64,000 bases of DNA, taken from contig CAXXDN010000002.1 of the NCBI GenBank assembly GCA_963667465.2, forward strand, positions 320,001 through 384,000, in the 5' to 3' direction. The position numbers and the translations under genes were made by a program. The DNA comes from Dehalococcoidia bacterium. GTDB lineage: Bacteria > Chloroflexota > Dehalococcoidia > UBA2979. The notes under the pieces are model-generated. The model did not search any database and was not told where the DNA came from. It saw only the letters and a list, made by a program, of their open reading frames with translations. Positions 1-8,440 of this stretch are shown one piece after another; the first letter of the stretch is position 1, and each line of letters starts with the position of its first letter.

Positions 1-158
1 GCGCCTCCAGCAAGTCCACGCAAGGCCGCAACGACTTCGCCCAGCGGCTGGCCGAATGTTGCACGGAATTCGTCGTAGATCTGGCGATCTGCTTCGCTTG
101 GCGTTTGCGCCTGGCGCAAGCGTCTCCCCGCGCGGTTGATCTGACTGCGTGTCAACAT
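1..158 (-). CDS. 5' part of a probable RelA/SpoT-domain (small alarmone synthetase/CapRel-like) protein, runs off the window
   Basis: Hand translation from ATG 158: MLTRSQINRAGRRLRQAQTPSEADRQIYDEFRATFGQPLGEVV..., resembling the 'S+SQ+DRAG..L...+R..+..PL' N-terminus of these proteins; catalytic domain not visible. Confidence 0.45.
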   Translation of the reverse strand, partial: MLTRSQINRAGRRLRQAQTPSEADRQIYDEFRATFGQPLGEVVAALRGLAGG

Positions 159-196
159 GGCCAGACCAGCGTCGCACAAATCGAGGGTCGGGCGCG

Positions 197-817
197 CTAC
201 TCGCAGTAGCCGCCGTCGGCGAGCAGCGAGGCCTGGCGGAAGGCGAGGCTGATCAGCTCGTCCACCGGCAGGTTGCTGTCGGTGATCTCCGCGGCGCTCG
301 TCGCCTCGGCGATGATCTCTTCCTGCTCCTCGAGCGCTGCCTCCAGGTCGCGGTAGGTCGTCAGCAACAGGCGGTGCAACTCCGCCGTCCGCTGCGGCGG
401 ATCGATCGCCTCCAGGATGTTCGCGGCTCTGCTCACGGCGCTGTACTGCACGGGGAACATCGCCGCCGCGCGGTCCTTGCGTGCCTCCAGGTTCAGCTCG
501 CCCGGATCCTGCGAGTCGCCGCTGGCGAGGAAGTCGACGGTGAAGGCGCTGGCCGCGGCGCAGACCTGGCGGCCCCACGCCGCCACTGCCTCCTCGGGGG
601 TCAGCTCGTCGGGGGTCGCGGTCACGGTCGGCTGCGGGGTGGCGGTCGTCACGCCGGAGCCCGCGCCCGGCGGCGTCGCGGTCGCCTCGACCGGCTCCCC
701 GGCCGGGCTGGTGCAGGCGAGTAGCAGCAGCGCCAGCAGCGCACCGGCGGCTCCGAGGAGCCACGCTGAGCGCCGCGCCCACCCTGCTGCTGCCTCGGTG
801 CGTTGTGCTGTCGCCAT
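197..817 (-). CDS. Hypothetical lipoprotein
   Basis: ATG 817 preceded by GGAGG; hydrophobic stretch ending LLLAC (lipobox), then Pro/Thr-rich linker and a helical domain. Confidence 0.7.
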   Translation of the reverse strand: MATAQRTEAAAGWARRSAWLLGAAGALLALLLLACTSPAGEPVEATATPPGAGSGVTTATPQPTVTATPDELTPEEAVAAWGRQVCAAASAFTVDFLASGDSQDPGELNLEARKDRAAAMFPVQYSAVSRAANILEAIDPPQRTAELHRLLLTTYRDLEAALEEQEEIIAEATSAAEITDSNLPVDELISLAFRQASLLADGGYCE

Positions 818-947
818 GCGACCTCCGGGACGCGCCGCCGCCGCGGACTCCCCGGCGAGGGGGCGCGAGCGCCGCGCTTCTGGGATCATTCTATCGAGGC
901 CTTCGCGGCTGGCGGGCAGTGCGGCCGATCTCTGGAGGGAGAGCGCC

Positions 948-2162
948 ATGGCGGATATACAGGTCTACGGAGCGCCGTGGTGCCCGGATTGCCGGCGCTC
1001 CAAGAAGTTCCTGGGCGAGCACCGCGTCGAGTACGACTGGATCGACATCGACACGGACGCCGCCGGCCTGCGCTTCGTCGAGGAGTTGCAGAACGGCGGA
1101 CGGACGATCCCGACGATCAGCTTCCCGGACGGCAGTTCCCTGCTGGAGCCCTCGAACGAGGAGCTCGCCCGCAAGCTCGGCCTCAACATCGAGGCCGAGC
1201 GCGCCTTCTACGACCTCGCGATCATCGGGGGCGGTCCGGCCGGACTCGCGGCGGGCATCTACGCGGCTCGCGAGGGCATCGACGCGATCATCGTCGACGG
1301 CGGCTCGCTCGGCGGGCAGGCCGGCGTGACCGAGCGCGTCGACAACTACCCCGGCTTCCCGGACGGCATCGAGGGCGGCGAGCTGGCCGACCGCTTCGTG
1401 CGGCAGGCCCGGCGCTACGGCGTCGAGCTGCTGGAGGCGGTGTCCGTCAGCAACCTGCACGCCGACGAGCAGGAGGGCGACGTCTCGCTGACGCTCAGCT
1501 CCGGGCAGGCGATCAGCGCCCACGCCACGCTGATCGCCACGGGCTCCTCGTACCGCCGCCTCGAGGTTCCCGGCGAGGACGGGCTGATCGGCGCGGGCGT
1601 GCACTTCTGCGCGACCTGCGACGGGCCGTTCTACCGCGGCTCGGAGGAGCTGCTGGTGATCGGCGGCGGGAACTCCGGCCTCGAGGAGGGGCTGTTTCTC
1701 ACGAATTTCGCCGAGCGTGTGCGCATCCTGGAGCGCAACCCGGAGCTCAAGGGCTCGCAGCTGTTGCAGGACAAGGTGCGCGGCCACCCCGCCATCGAGG
1801 TCCACACGAACACCGCGGTGGTCGAGCTCCTCGGGCGGGGCGGCCGCCTGCAGGAGGTCCGCGCGCGCAACAGCGAGAGTGGCGCGGATCTGGTCTGGCA
1901 GCCGTCCGGCGTCTTCGTCTTCATCGGGCTGACACCGAACACGGAGTTCCTGCGGGGGGCCGTGGAGCTGGACGAGTGGGGCTTCGTCGCCTCCGAGGGC
2001 TTCGCGACCTCGCTCGAGGGCGTCTTCGTGGCCGGCGACGTGCGGGCCGGCTCCACGAAGCAGCTCGGATCGGCGACCGGTGACGGCATCGCCGCGCTGC
2101 TGGCGGTTCGCGAGTACCTCGGTCAGCACGGGCACATGCTGGAGGCGGCTCGCCCGGCGTAG
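948..2162 (+). CDS. trxB: Glutaredoxin-like domain fused to thioredoxin reductase
   Basis: N-terminal YGAPWCPDC domain; GGGPAG FAD motif, CATC redox motif, GGGNSG NAD(P)H motif, FVAGD; GGAGG upstream. Confidence 0.9.
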   Translation: MADIQVYGAPWCPDCRRSKKFLGEHRVEYDWIDIDTDAAGLRFVEELQNGGRTIPTISFPDGSSLLEPSNEELARKLGLNIEAERAFYDLAIIGGGPAGLAAGIYAAREGIDAIIVDGGSLGGQAGVTERVDNYPGFPDGIEGGELADRFVRQARRYGVELLEAVSVSNLHADEQEGDVSLTLSSGQAISAHATLIATGSSYRRLEVPGEDGLIGAGVHFCATCDGPFYRGSEELLVIGGGNSGLEEGLFLTNFAERVRILERNPELKGSQLLQDKVRGHPAIEVHTNTAVVELLGRGGRLQEVRARNSESGADLVWQPSGVFVFIGLTPNTEFLRGAVELDEWGFVASEGFATSLEGVFVAGDVRAGSTKQLGSATGDGIAALLAVREYLGQHGHMLEAARPA

Positions 2163-2197
2163 CGAGGCCCAGCCCAGGGGCGCGGCTGGGACTACGC

Positions 2198-2246
2198 GTA
2201 ACCGGTCCGTAACGCGCGAGAAACCATTCCGTTATCCACATTTCAC
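2198..2246 (+). promoter_or_regulatory. GlnR-box-like array upstream of amtB
   Basis: GTAAC-N6-GTAAC-N6-GAAAC-N6-GTTAT-N6-TTCAC with exact 11-bp period; matches the actinobacterial gTnAc-N6-GaAAc consensus. Confidence 0.65.
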
Positions 2247-2307
2247 AGTGGCGACACTGTGACGAAACGGCGCAGTCCTACCTTTCATCGGAGGGAAGGG
2301 GGCGTCT

Positions 2308-3807
2308 ATGAGGATGCGCCATCGAACCGTCGTCGCTGCGGCGGTCGGAGCAATGGCGGCGTTTGCCGCCGGAACCGGGTTCGCGAATGCCCAGGAGGTG
2401 GGCGACGCCATTGACGATCTGACGTCCGCGATTGATATCGCGTGGCTGCTGATCGCCGGCATTCTGGTGTTGTTCATGCAGGCCGGCTTCGGTCTGGTCG
2501 AGTCGGGGTTCATCCGCTCGAAGAACGTCACCAACATCCTGATGAAGAACGCGCTGGACCTTTCGTTCGGCGCGATCGCCTATTGGGCGGTCGGCTGGGG
2601 CCTGGCCTACGGCACCACCGAGTTCATCGACATCAGGTTCTTCGGCGGCGGGAGCTTCTTCTACGGCGGAGAAGACGCGGACTACGCCGGGTTCTTCTTC
2701 CAGTTCGCCTTCGCGGCCACGGCCGCGACGATCGTGTCGGGCGCCGTCGCCGAACGCACCAAGTTCGCGGCGTACCTGGTCTACACGGTCGTGATCACGG
2801 CCGTGATCTACCCCGTGGTTACGCACTGGGCGTGGGGTGACGGCTTCCTGAGCGCGTACGCCTCGGACATCCAGTTCGGCGATAACGGGATGATCGACTT
2901 CGCCGGCTCCACCGTCGTCCACTCGGTCGGCGGCTGGGCAGCGCTGGTAGGCGCGATCATGGTCGGCGCCCGCCGCGGCAAGTACAGCGCGGATGGCAGC
3001 GTCAATCCGTTGCCCGGTCACTCGATGCCGCTCGGCTTCCTTGGAGTGATGATCCTCTGGATCGGCTGGTACGGCTTCAACGCCGGCTCGACCCTCGGGC
3101 TGAGCGGTGGCTTCGCCGACCTCGCCGCGCGCGTCGCCGTGACGACGACGCTCGCCGCCGGGGCCAGCGCCGCGACGGCGATGGTCATCTCGAGGCTGCG
3201 CACCGGCAGGTCGGACCTCTCGCTGACGCTCAACGGCGTGCTGGGCGGTCTGGTCGGCATCACGGCCGGCTGCGCCACGGTCGAACCGTGGGCGGCGGTC
3301 GTGATCGGCATCGTCGCGGGTGTGGTCATTGTCTTCGGCGTCGAGCTGCTCGACAACCTGAAGATCGACGACCCCGTGGGCGCGGTGCCGGTGCACCTCT
3401 TCAACGGCATCTGGGGGACACTCGCGGTCGGTCTCTTTACCACGCAGACCAACCTCGCGCCGAACTACGCCGACTCCAGCAGCTACGGTCTGCTCGTCGG
3501 GGGCGGTGTCGATCAGTTGCTCTTCCAGGCAATCGGCGTGATCGCCGTGGGCGTCTGGACCGTGGTGGCCTCGGTGATCATGTTCACGATCATCAAGCAC
3601 ACGGTCGGCCTGCGCGTCTCCGAAGCCGAGGAGGAGAGCGGCCTGGACGTCGCCGAGCACGCGATGGAGGCCTATCCCGAGTTCACCGGCGGCAGGGATC
3701 CGTTCGGAGCCCACTTCGGTGGGGCGGCCCTGTCCACCAGCTCGGGCGCTCCGATCGCGGGCGGTGCGCCCGAGGCAGACGAGGAGGCGACTCGTGCAGA
3801 GAGTTGA
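2308..3807 (+). CDS. amtB: Ammonium transporter
   Basis: FMQAGF, FQFAFAATAATIVSGAVAER, DFAGSTVVH, WYGFN, IDDPVGAVPVH; twin-His intact; N-terminal signal peptide. Confidence 0.97.
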   Translation: MRMRHRTVVAAAVGAMAAFAAGTGFANAQEVGDAIDDLTSAIDIAWLLIAGILVLFMQAGFGLVESGFIRSKNVTNILMKNALDLSFGAIAYWAVGWGLAYGTTEFIDIRFFGGGSFFYGGEDADYAGFFFQFAFAATAATIVSGAVAERTKFAAYLVYTVVITAVIYPVVTHWAWGDGFLSAYASDIQFGDNGMIDFAGSTVVHSVGGWAALVGAIMVGARRGKYSADGSVNPLPGHSMPLGFLGVMILWIGWYGFNAGSTLGLSGGFADLAARVAVTTTLAAGASAATAMVISRLRTGRSDLSLTLNGVLGGLVGITAGCATVEPWAAVVIGIVAGVVIVFGVELLDNLKIDDPVGAVPVHLFNGIWGTLAVGLFTTQTNLAPNYADSSSYGLLVGGGVDQLLFQAIGVIAVGVWTVVASVIMFTIIKHTVGLRVSEAEEESGLDVAEHAMEAYPEFTGGRDPFGAHFGGAALSTSSGAPIAGGAPEADEEATRAES

Positions 3808-4132
3808 GGCGATCATTCGCCCCGAGAAGCTTGACGTGGTCAAGACGGCGCTCGAGGACCTCGACCACGCCGGCATGACGCTGACGGAGGTGCGCGGCCA
3901 CGGCACTCAGCGTGGCGTGACCGAGCAGTGGCGAGGCCGCACCTTCGCGGTCGAGTACCTGACGAAGGTCAAGATCGAGCTCGTCGTCAACGACGAGGAC
4001 GTGGACGCGATTGTCGAGCGCATCGTGGACGCGGCCCGCACCGGGCAGGTCGGGGACGGCAAGATCTTCGTCAGCCCGGTGAGTAGCGCGGTGCGGATCC
4101 GCACCGGAGAAGCGGACAACGCTGCGCTCTAG
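3794..4132 (+). CDS. glnK: P-II nitrogen regulatory protein
   Basis: GTG start with GAGGAGG RBS, 112 aa; AIIRPEKL, GDGKIFV, RIRTGE motifs; overlaps amtB stop. Confidence 0.95.
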   Translation: MQRVEAIIRPEKLDVVKTALEDLDHAGMTLTEVRGHGTQRGVTEQWRGRTFAVEYLTKVKIELVVNDEDVDAIVERIVDAARTGQVGDGKIFVSPVSSAVRIRTGEADNAAL

Positions 4133-4238
4133 GAACATCCTGTTCCCGGCGCAGAGCGCAGCGGTCTGACGCCGGCCCTGGAGGCGTCCTCCCCTCGCGG
4201 GAGGCGCCTCCGGGGCCCGGCGGCAACGGCCAGGCGGA

Positions 4239-4589
4239 ATGATGACCAGCAACCTCATCGGTAGTCCACCCGCAGACGGCGCTCCCGAGGCGCGCATCAC
4301 GGTCGGCGACCTGGTCGTGGACCGCGAGCGCTTCCGGGTCACCGTGGCGGACGAACCCGCCCCGCTTACCTACATGGAGTTCGAGACCCTCTACGTCATC
4401 GCCGGGGGCGGTGGCCGCGTGGTCGGCTACGACCAGATCGCCGAGGCGCTGTGGGGCGCGGCCGGCGACGACCACCGAGCTCGCCTCGCCGTGCTGGTCT
4501 CACGCATCCGCTCGAAGATCGGCCCCGCCGCGCGCTACCTGCAGACCGTCCGCCAGGTCGGCTACCGGCTCACACCCGCCCCGGCCTGA
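4239..4589 (+). CDS. Stand-alone OmpR/GlnR-type winged-helix DNA-binding domain
   Basis: GDLVVD...LTYMEFETL...GRVV...LWG...VSRIRSKIG...TVRQVGYRL; no receiver domain. Confidence 0.8.
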   Translation: MMTSNLIGSPPADGAPEARITVGDLVVDRERFRVTVADEPAPLTYMEFETLYVIAGGGGRVVGYDQIAEALWGAAGDDHRARLAVLVSRIRSKIGPAARYLQTVRQVGYRLTPAPA

Positions 4590-4624
4590 TTCGCGCCCCG
4601 GCCTGATTCGCACCGTACGGCTCC

Positions 4625-5056
4625 CTACGCGAGCACCGCCTCGATCTGCGCGATGTGCTCCTCGCGGTGGGGCCAGCGGCGGAACGTGTACTCCTGCCCC
4701 GCCTCGCGCAGCGCAGCGCGCTGCTCTGCCGAGAGGCCCTGCGAGGTCGCGTCGAGCCGTGCGGCCGCCTCGACGGCCGCACGGCCGGCCGCTGCCGGGT
4801 CGAACAGTGCCGCGATCGCTTCGAGCGTCTGATTGACTGTCTCGTCCTCGGACGGAATGGCCTCGCCCAGCGCGTGGCCGCGCAACGCGACCGCCTGGCG
4901 GGCGTCCCAGAAGGCGAGGTGGACGAGCGCGAAGGCCACCGTCCAGCCGCCACCGAGCGAGCGATCGAGGTCGGCGCTGCCAAGGCGGGCGACGAGGTCG
5001 CCCAGGCGCGTGGTCGCCTCGGCGTTGCGTTGCAGGTCGGTGTCGTGGTCGCTCAT
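4625..5056 (-). CDS. DinB/MDMPI-like four-helix protein
   Basis: GWTVAFALVHLAFWD and C-terminal HREEH. Confidence 0.75.
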   Translation of the reverse strand: MSDHDTDLQRNAEATTRLGDLVARLGSADLDRSLGGGWTVAFALVHLAFWDARQAVALRGHALGEAIPSEDETVNQTLEAIAALFDPAAAGRAAVEAAARLDATSQGLSAEQRAALREAGQEYTFRRWPHREEHIAQIEAVLA

Positions 5057-5183
5057 CTTGCCTCCGCCGGGTCATTGTCCCGGTGGTGTGTCCATGCGGC
5101 CAGCGCGTCCGGCTCGATGCTTTGCGCCGGGGCGGCTAGCATGGCGCCCACCAAGCCGCCGCCGAGTTGATGACGGAGCCGCT

Positions 5184-6341
5184 ATGCCGCGCAAGGATCT
5201 GCATGACGTCGTGATCGTCGGCGCGTACAACACGGTGCAGTCGCGCTATCTCAAGGAGCACAGCTCCTTCTCGATCACCCTCGATGCGGTGAAGGGCGCG
5301 ATTGCCGACGCCGGCCTCCAGGTCTCCGACATCGACGGGGTCAACGTCAGCACCGGCACCGGTCACGGAGGCGGGCAGCGCCAGTGGGTGCACCAGCTCG
5401 GAGGCCGGCCAACCTGGGTCGGCGTCGCGAACATGGGCATCCCCGCCGTGCTTCAGGCAGCTGCCGCCATCGCCGCCGGGTACGCCAACACCGTGGTCGT
5501 CGGCAACGGCCAGGCCGGGGCTTACACGGAGCGCGCCTCGACGGCGCCGTGGACGCGTCCCTCCAACGAGTTCGTCGAGTGCTTCGGCCTCTACACCGCC
5601 GCCGAGTTCGCGCTGATCGCGCAGCGCCACATGCACATGTACGACACGGAGCCCGAGCACCTCGCCGAGGTCGCCTCGGCGATCCGCACGCACGGCGGGA
5701 TGAACCCGGACGCGGTCTACACCGGGCGGGTCATCACCCCCGACGACGTGCTCAACTCGGCAATGATCGCCGACCCTTTCCACCTGCTGGACTGCGCGAT
5801 GACCAGCGAGGGCGGCGCCGCCATGGTGCTCACCACCGCCGAGCGCGCGCGCGACCTCGATGTCACGCCGATCCACATCCTTGGCGGTGGCCTGGACGGG
5901 CGGGGGCAGGCCTACGTCGCGGGGCCGCTCTGGCACGTCACGGGCGATGTCGGTTCGTTCTCCTCGCGGCAGGCGTTCGAGGCCTGCGGCCTCGGTCCGT
6001 CCGACATCGACGTGTGCGAGTTCTACGACCCGTTCTCGTTCGAGATCATCCGCCAGTTCGAGGCCTTCGGGTTCTGCGAGGTCGGCGAGGGCGGCCCGTT
6101 CGTAATGGACGGCCGCATCCGCGTCGGCGGCGAGTTCCCCGTCTGCACCGACGGCGGCACGATGTCGTTTGCCCACCCCGGCACTGCCCAGTTGCTGCAG
6201 AAGGTGATCTCCGGCACGAAGCAGCTGCGCGGCGAGGCCGGCAACCGCCAGGTCGAGGGCGCCGAGGTCGCGATGTGCACGAACGGCGGCGCGGGCGCGC
6301 TCTTCACCGACGTGGTCCTGCTCGGCCGGGAGGCGCCGTAG
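5184..6341 (+). CDS. Thiolase-like (SCP-x/lipid-transfer type) protein
   Basis: IADPFHLLDC...EGGAA, EFYDPFS, CTDGG...HPG. Confidence 0.85.
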   Translation: MPRKDLHDVVIVGAYNTVQSRYLKEHSSFSITLDAVKGAIADAGLQVSDIDGVNVSTGTGHGGGQRQWVHQLGGRPTWVGVANMGIPAVLQAAAAIAAGYANTVVVGNGQAGAYTERASTAPWTRPSNEFVECFGLYTAAEFALIAQRHMHMYDTEPEHLAEVASAIRTHGGMNPDAVYTGRVITPDDVLNSAMIADPFHLLDCAMTSEGGAAMVLTTAERARDLDVTPIHILGGGLDGRGQAYVAGPLWHVTGDVGSFSSRQAFEACGLGPSDIDVCEFYDPFSFEIIRQFEAFGFCEVGEGGPFVMDGRIRVGGEFPVCTDGGTMSFAHPGTAQLLQKVISGTKQLRGEAGNRQVEGAEVAMCTNGGAGALFTDVVLLGREAP

Positions 6342-6422
6342 CCGCCTCCCGCTCGCATCCCGGCGGCGATTGCGCGATCATCGATAGAGCGATCACGCGC
6401 ACCTGCCGCGAGGGGAGCGAAC

Positions 6423-6902
6423 ATGACCACGACCCACGAGACCGGTTCCGCTGCGCCCGAATCCCGCGTGCAGCTGGCGCTCAACGTCACCGACCTCGAC
6501 GCCGCGATCGGCTTCTACTCGGAGCTGTTCCACACCGAGCCGCACAAGCGACGCGAGGGCTACGCCAACTTCGAGGTCGCCGATCCGCCGCTCAAGCTGG
6601 TGTTGATCGAGCAGGCCGGCAAGGAGTCCGGCGGCCAGTCCCTCAATCACATCGGCGTCGAAGTCTTCAGCACCGAGCACGTCATCGCCGAGACGCGGCG
6701 CCTCGGAGCGGCCGGCCTCGAGACGCGCGTCGAGGACGGCGTCGTCTGCTGCCACGCCGAGCAGGACAAGGTCTGGGTCAGCGACCCGGACGGCCTCGCC
6801 TGGGAGGTCTACACCGTCACCGACGACGACCCGGCGATGATCGAGTTCGTCCCGGCCTCCGGCGTGCCCGGGGACTGCGACGACCCGGCCTGCTGCGAGT
6901 AG
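6423..6902 (+). CDS. ArsI/CadI-family VOC metalloenzyme
   Basis: VQLALNV, GYANF, PPLKLVLIE, LNHIGVEV, vicinal CC in CCHAEQDKVWVSDPDG. Confidence 0.85.
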   Translation: MTTTHETGSAAPESRVQLALNVTDLDAAIGFYSELFHTEPHKRREGYANFEVADPPLKLVLIEQAGKESGGQSLNHIGVEVFSTEHVIAETRRLGAAGLETRVEDGVVCCHAEQDKVWVSDPDGLAWEVYTVTDDDPAMIEFVPASGVPGDCDDPACCE

Positions 6903-6926
6903 CTCGCCCGGGCGCGCGGTCGCCCG

Positions 6927-8153
6927 ATGCAGGATTCTCCGCCCACCGACGCGCGTATGGAGCGCAGCCTGCGGCTGCTTCCCTTCTGGTGGGTGCTGCG
7001 CTGGGCCTGGCTGGGCGAGGCGATCTGGGTCGTCTACCTGGTCGAGACACGCGGACTGACGATCGGGCAGATCCTGCTCTTCGACGCCGTGTTCTTCGCC
7101 AGCTTGCTGCTCTCCGAGGTGCCCACCGGCGTCGTTGCCGATCGCTACGGGCGGCGGATCAGCATGCTTTGGGGATCGCTGCTGATCTCGGTGGGGTTCC
7201 TCGTGTTTGCGCTCGCCGATGTGCTGCCGGTGCTGCTCACGGCGTACGTGTTGTTCGGCGTCGGCAGCGCGCTGATGAGCGGGGCGGACGACGCGTATCT
7301 GTTCGACGCGCTGCGTGCGGTGGGCCGGGTGCGCGAGTTCCCGGCTGTGGCGGGGCGGCTCAACGCGATGATGACGCTCGCCGTCGCGGGCTTCACGATC
7401 ATCGGCGGCCTGATGGCGACGGTCACTCCGCTGTCCTGGCCGATCGTCGCCAGTGGCGTCCTCTCGATCATGGCCGCCAGCCTCGTCTTCCGGCTCGATG
7501 AACCGCCGCGCGATCCCGGCAGCGCGGCTGACTCGTTCTTCGCCACGGGCCTCTCGGCGGCACGCCGCGTGGTGCGCGTGCCCTCGCTGCGCTGGGCGGC
7601 GACGCTCGGCGCGCTGCCCTGGGTGGCGGGCTTCGCCGCGTTCACGGTCTGGCAGCCGGTGCTGATCGGCTACGAGGTGCCCGTGGTCGCGTTCGGCTGG
7701 GTCGCGGCGGGAATGATGCTCATCGCGGCGACCGGCGGGTGGAGCGCCGACTGGTTCTCGCGGCGGCTCGGGATGAGCGGCGCGCTGCTACTGCTGCCCG
7801 TCATCGGGGCCATTTCACTGCTCGGCGGCAGCGGGGGCGGGCTCTGGTTCGTGCCCCTGTTCGCGCTCGCCCCCTTCTCCCAGAACGCGCTGCACCCCAT
7901 CAGCACCGTCTACATCTCGCGGCGCGTGCCGGACAGCGAGCGCGCGACCGCGCTGTCCCTCCAGCAGTTCGGAGCGCAGTTCGCGACGATCTTCCTCATG
8001 CTGTCGCTCAGCGCCCTCGTCTCGCGCGTCGCCCTCGGCCACGCGCTCGCCGGGGCCAGCGCCCTGCTGCTTGCCGTCGCCATCGTCTGCTGGCTGCTCT
8101 GGCGCCGCACCGGCGATCGCGAGCTCGCGCCCCCCGAGGACCTCGCGGCCTGA
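6927..8153 (+). CDS. MFS transporter
   Basis: About 12 hydrophobic segments; EVPTGVVADRYGRR motif A. Confidence 0.88.
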   Translation: MQDSPPTDARMERSLRLLPFWWVLRWAWLGEAIWVVYLVETRGLTIGQILLFDAVFFASLLLSEVPTGVVADRYGRRISMLWGSLLISVGFLVFALADVLPVLLTAYVLFGVGSALMSGADDAYLFDALRAVGRVREFPAVAGRLNAMMTLAVAGFTIIGGLMATVTPLSWPIVASGVLSIMAASLVFRLDEPPRDPGSAADSFFATGLSAARRVVRVPSLRWAATLGALPWVAGFAAFTVWQPVLIGYEVPVVAFGWVAAGMMLIAATGGWSADWFSRRLGMSGALLLLPVIGAISLLGGSGGGLWFVPLFALAPFSQNALHPISTVYISRRVPDSERATALSLQQFGAQFATIFLMLSLSALVSRVALGHALAGASALLLAVAIVCWLLWRRTGDRELAPPEDLAA

Positions 8154-8203
8154 GGCCGGTCTGCGCGCTGCGACCACCGACCCGCGCCTGCTACTCTCGG
8201 CGC

Positions 8204-8425
8204 ATGTGCAGGAGTATCAAGACCCTTCGCGAGGGCGCCCAGCTCGCCGGCGACGAGGAGATCGAGGCTGCCGCGTTGCAGTTCGTGCGCAAGGTGAGCG
8301 GTTTCCGCCAGCCCGCCGCGCACAACGCCGCGGCCCTCGACAATGCCGTCGACGAGATTGCTGCGGCCACCCACGAGCTGCTGCACTCGCTGCGGATCGG
8401 CCGCCCCGCCGCGCGGTCCGGCTGA
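8204..8425 (+). CDS. DUF2277-like small protein
   Basis: MCRSIKTLR...AAALQFVRKVSG; TACTCT 6 nt upstream of ATG. Confidence 0.85.
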   Translation: MCRSIKTLREGAQLAGDEEIEAAALQFVRKVSGFRQPAAHNAAALDNAVDEIAAATHELLHSLRIGRPAARSG

Positions 8426-8440
8426 GCCGCCGGTGACCCC

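Noticed and set aside
2232-2240. Perfect DnaA box TTATCCACA
   Set aside because: Single copy, no dnaA/dnaN or unwinding element nearby; overlaps the GlnR-like array, so not called oriC
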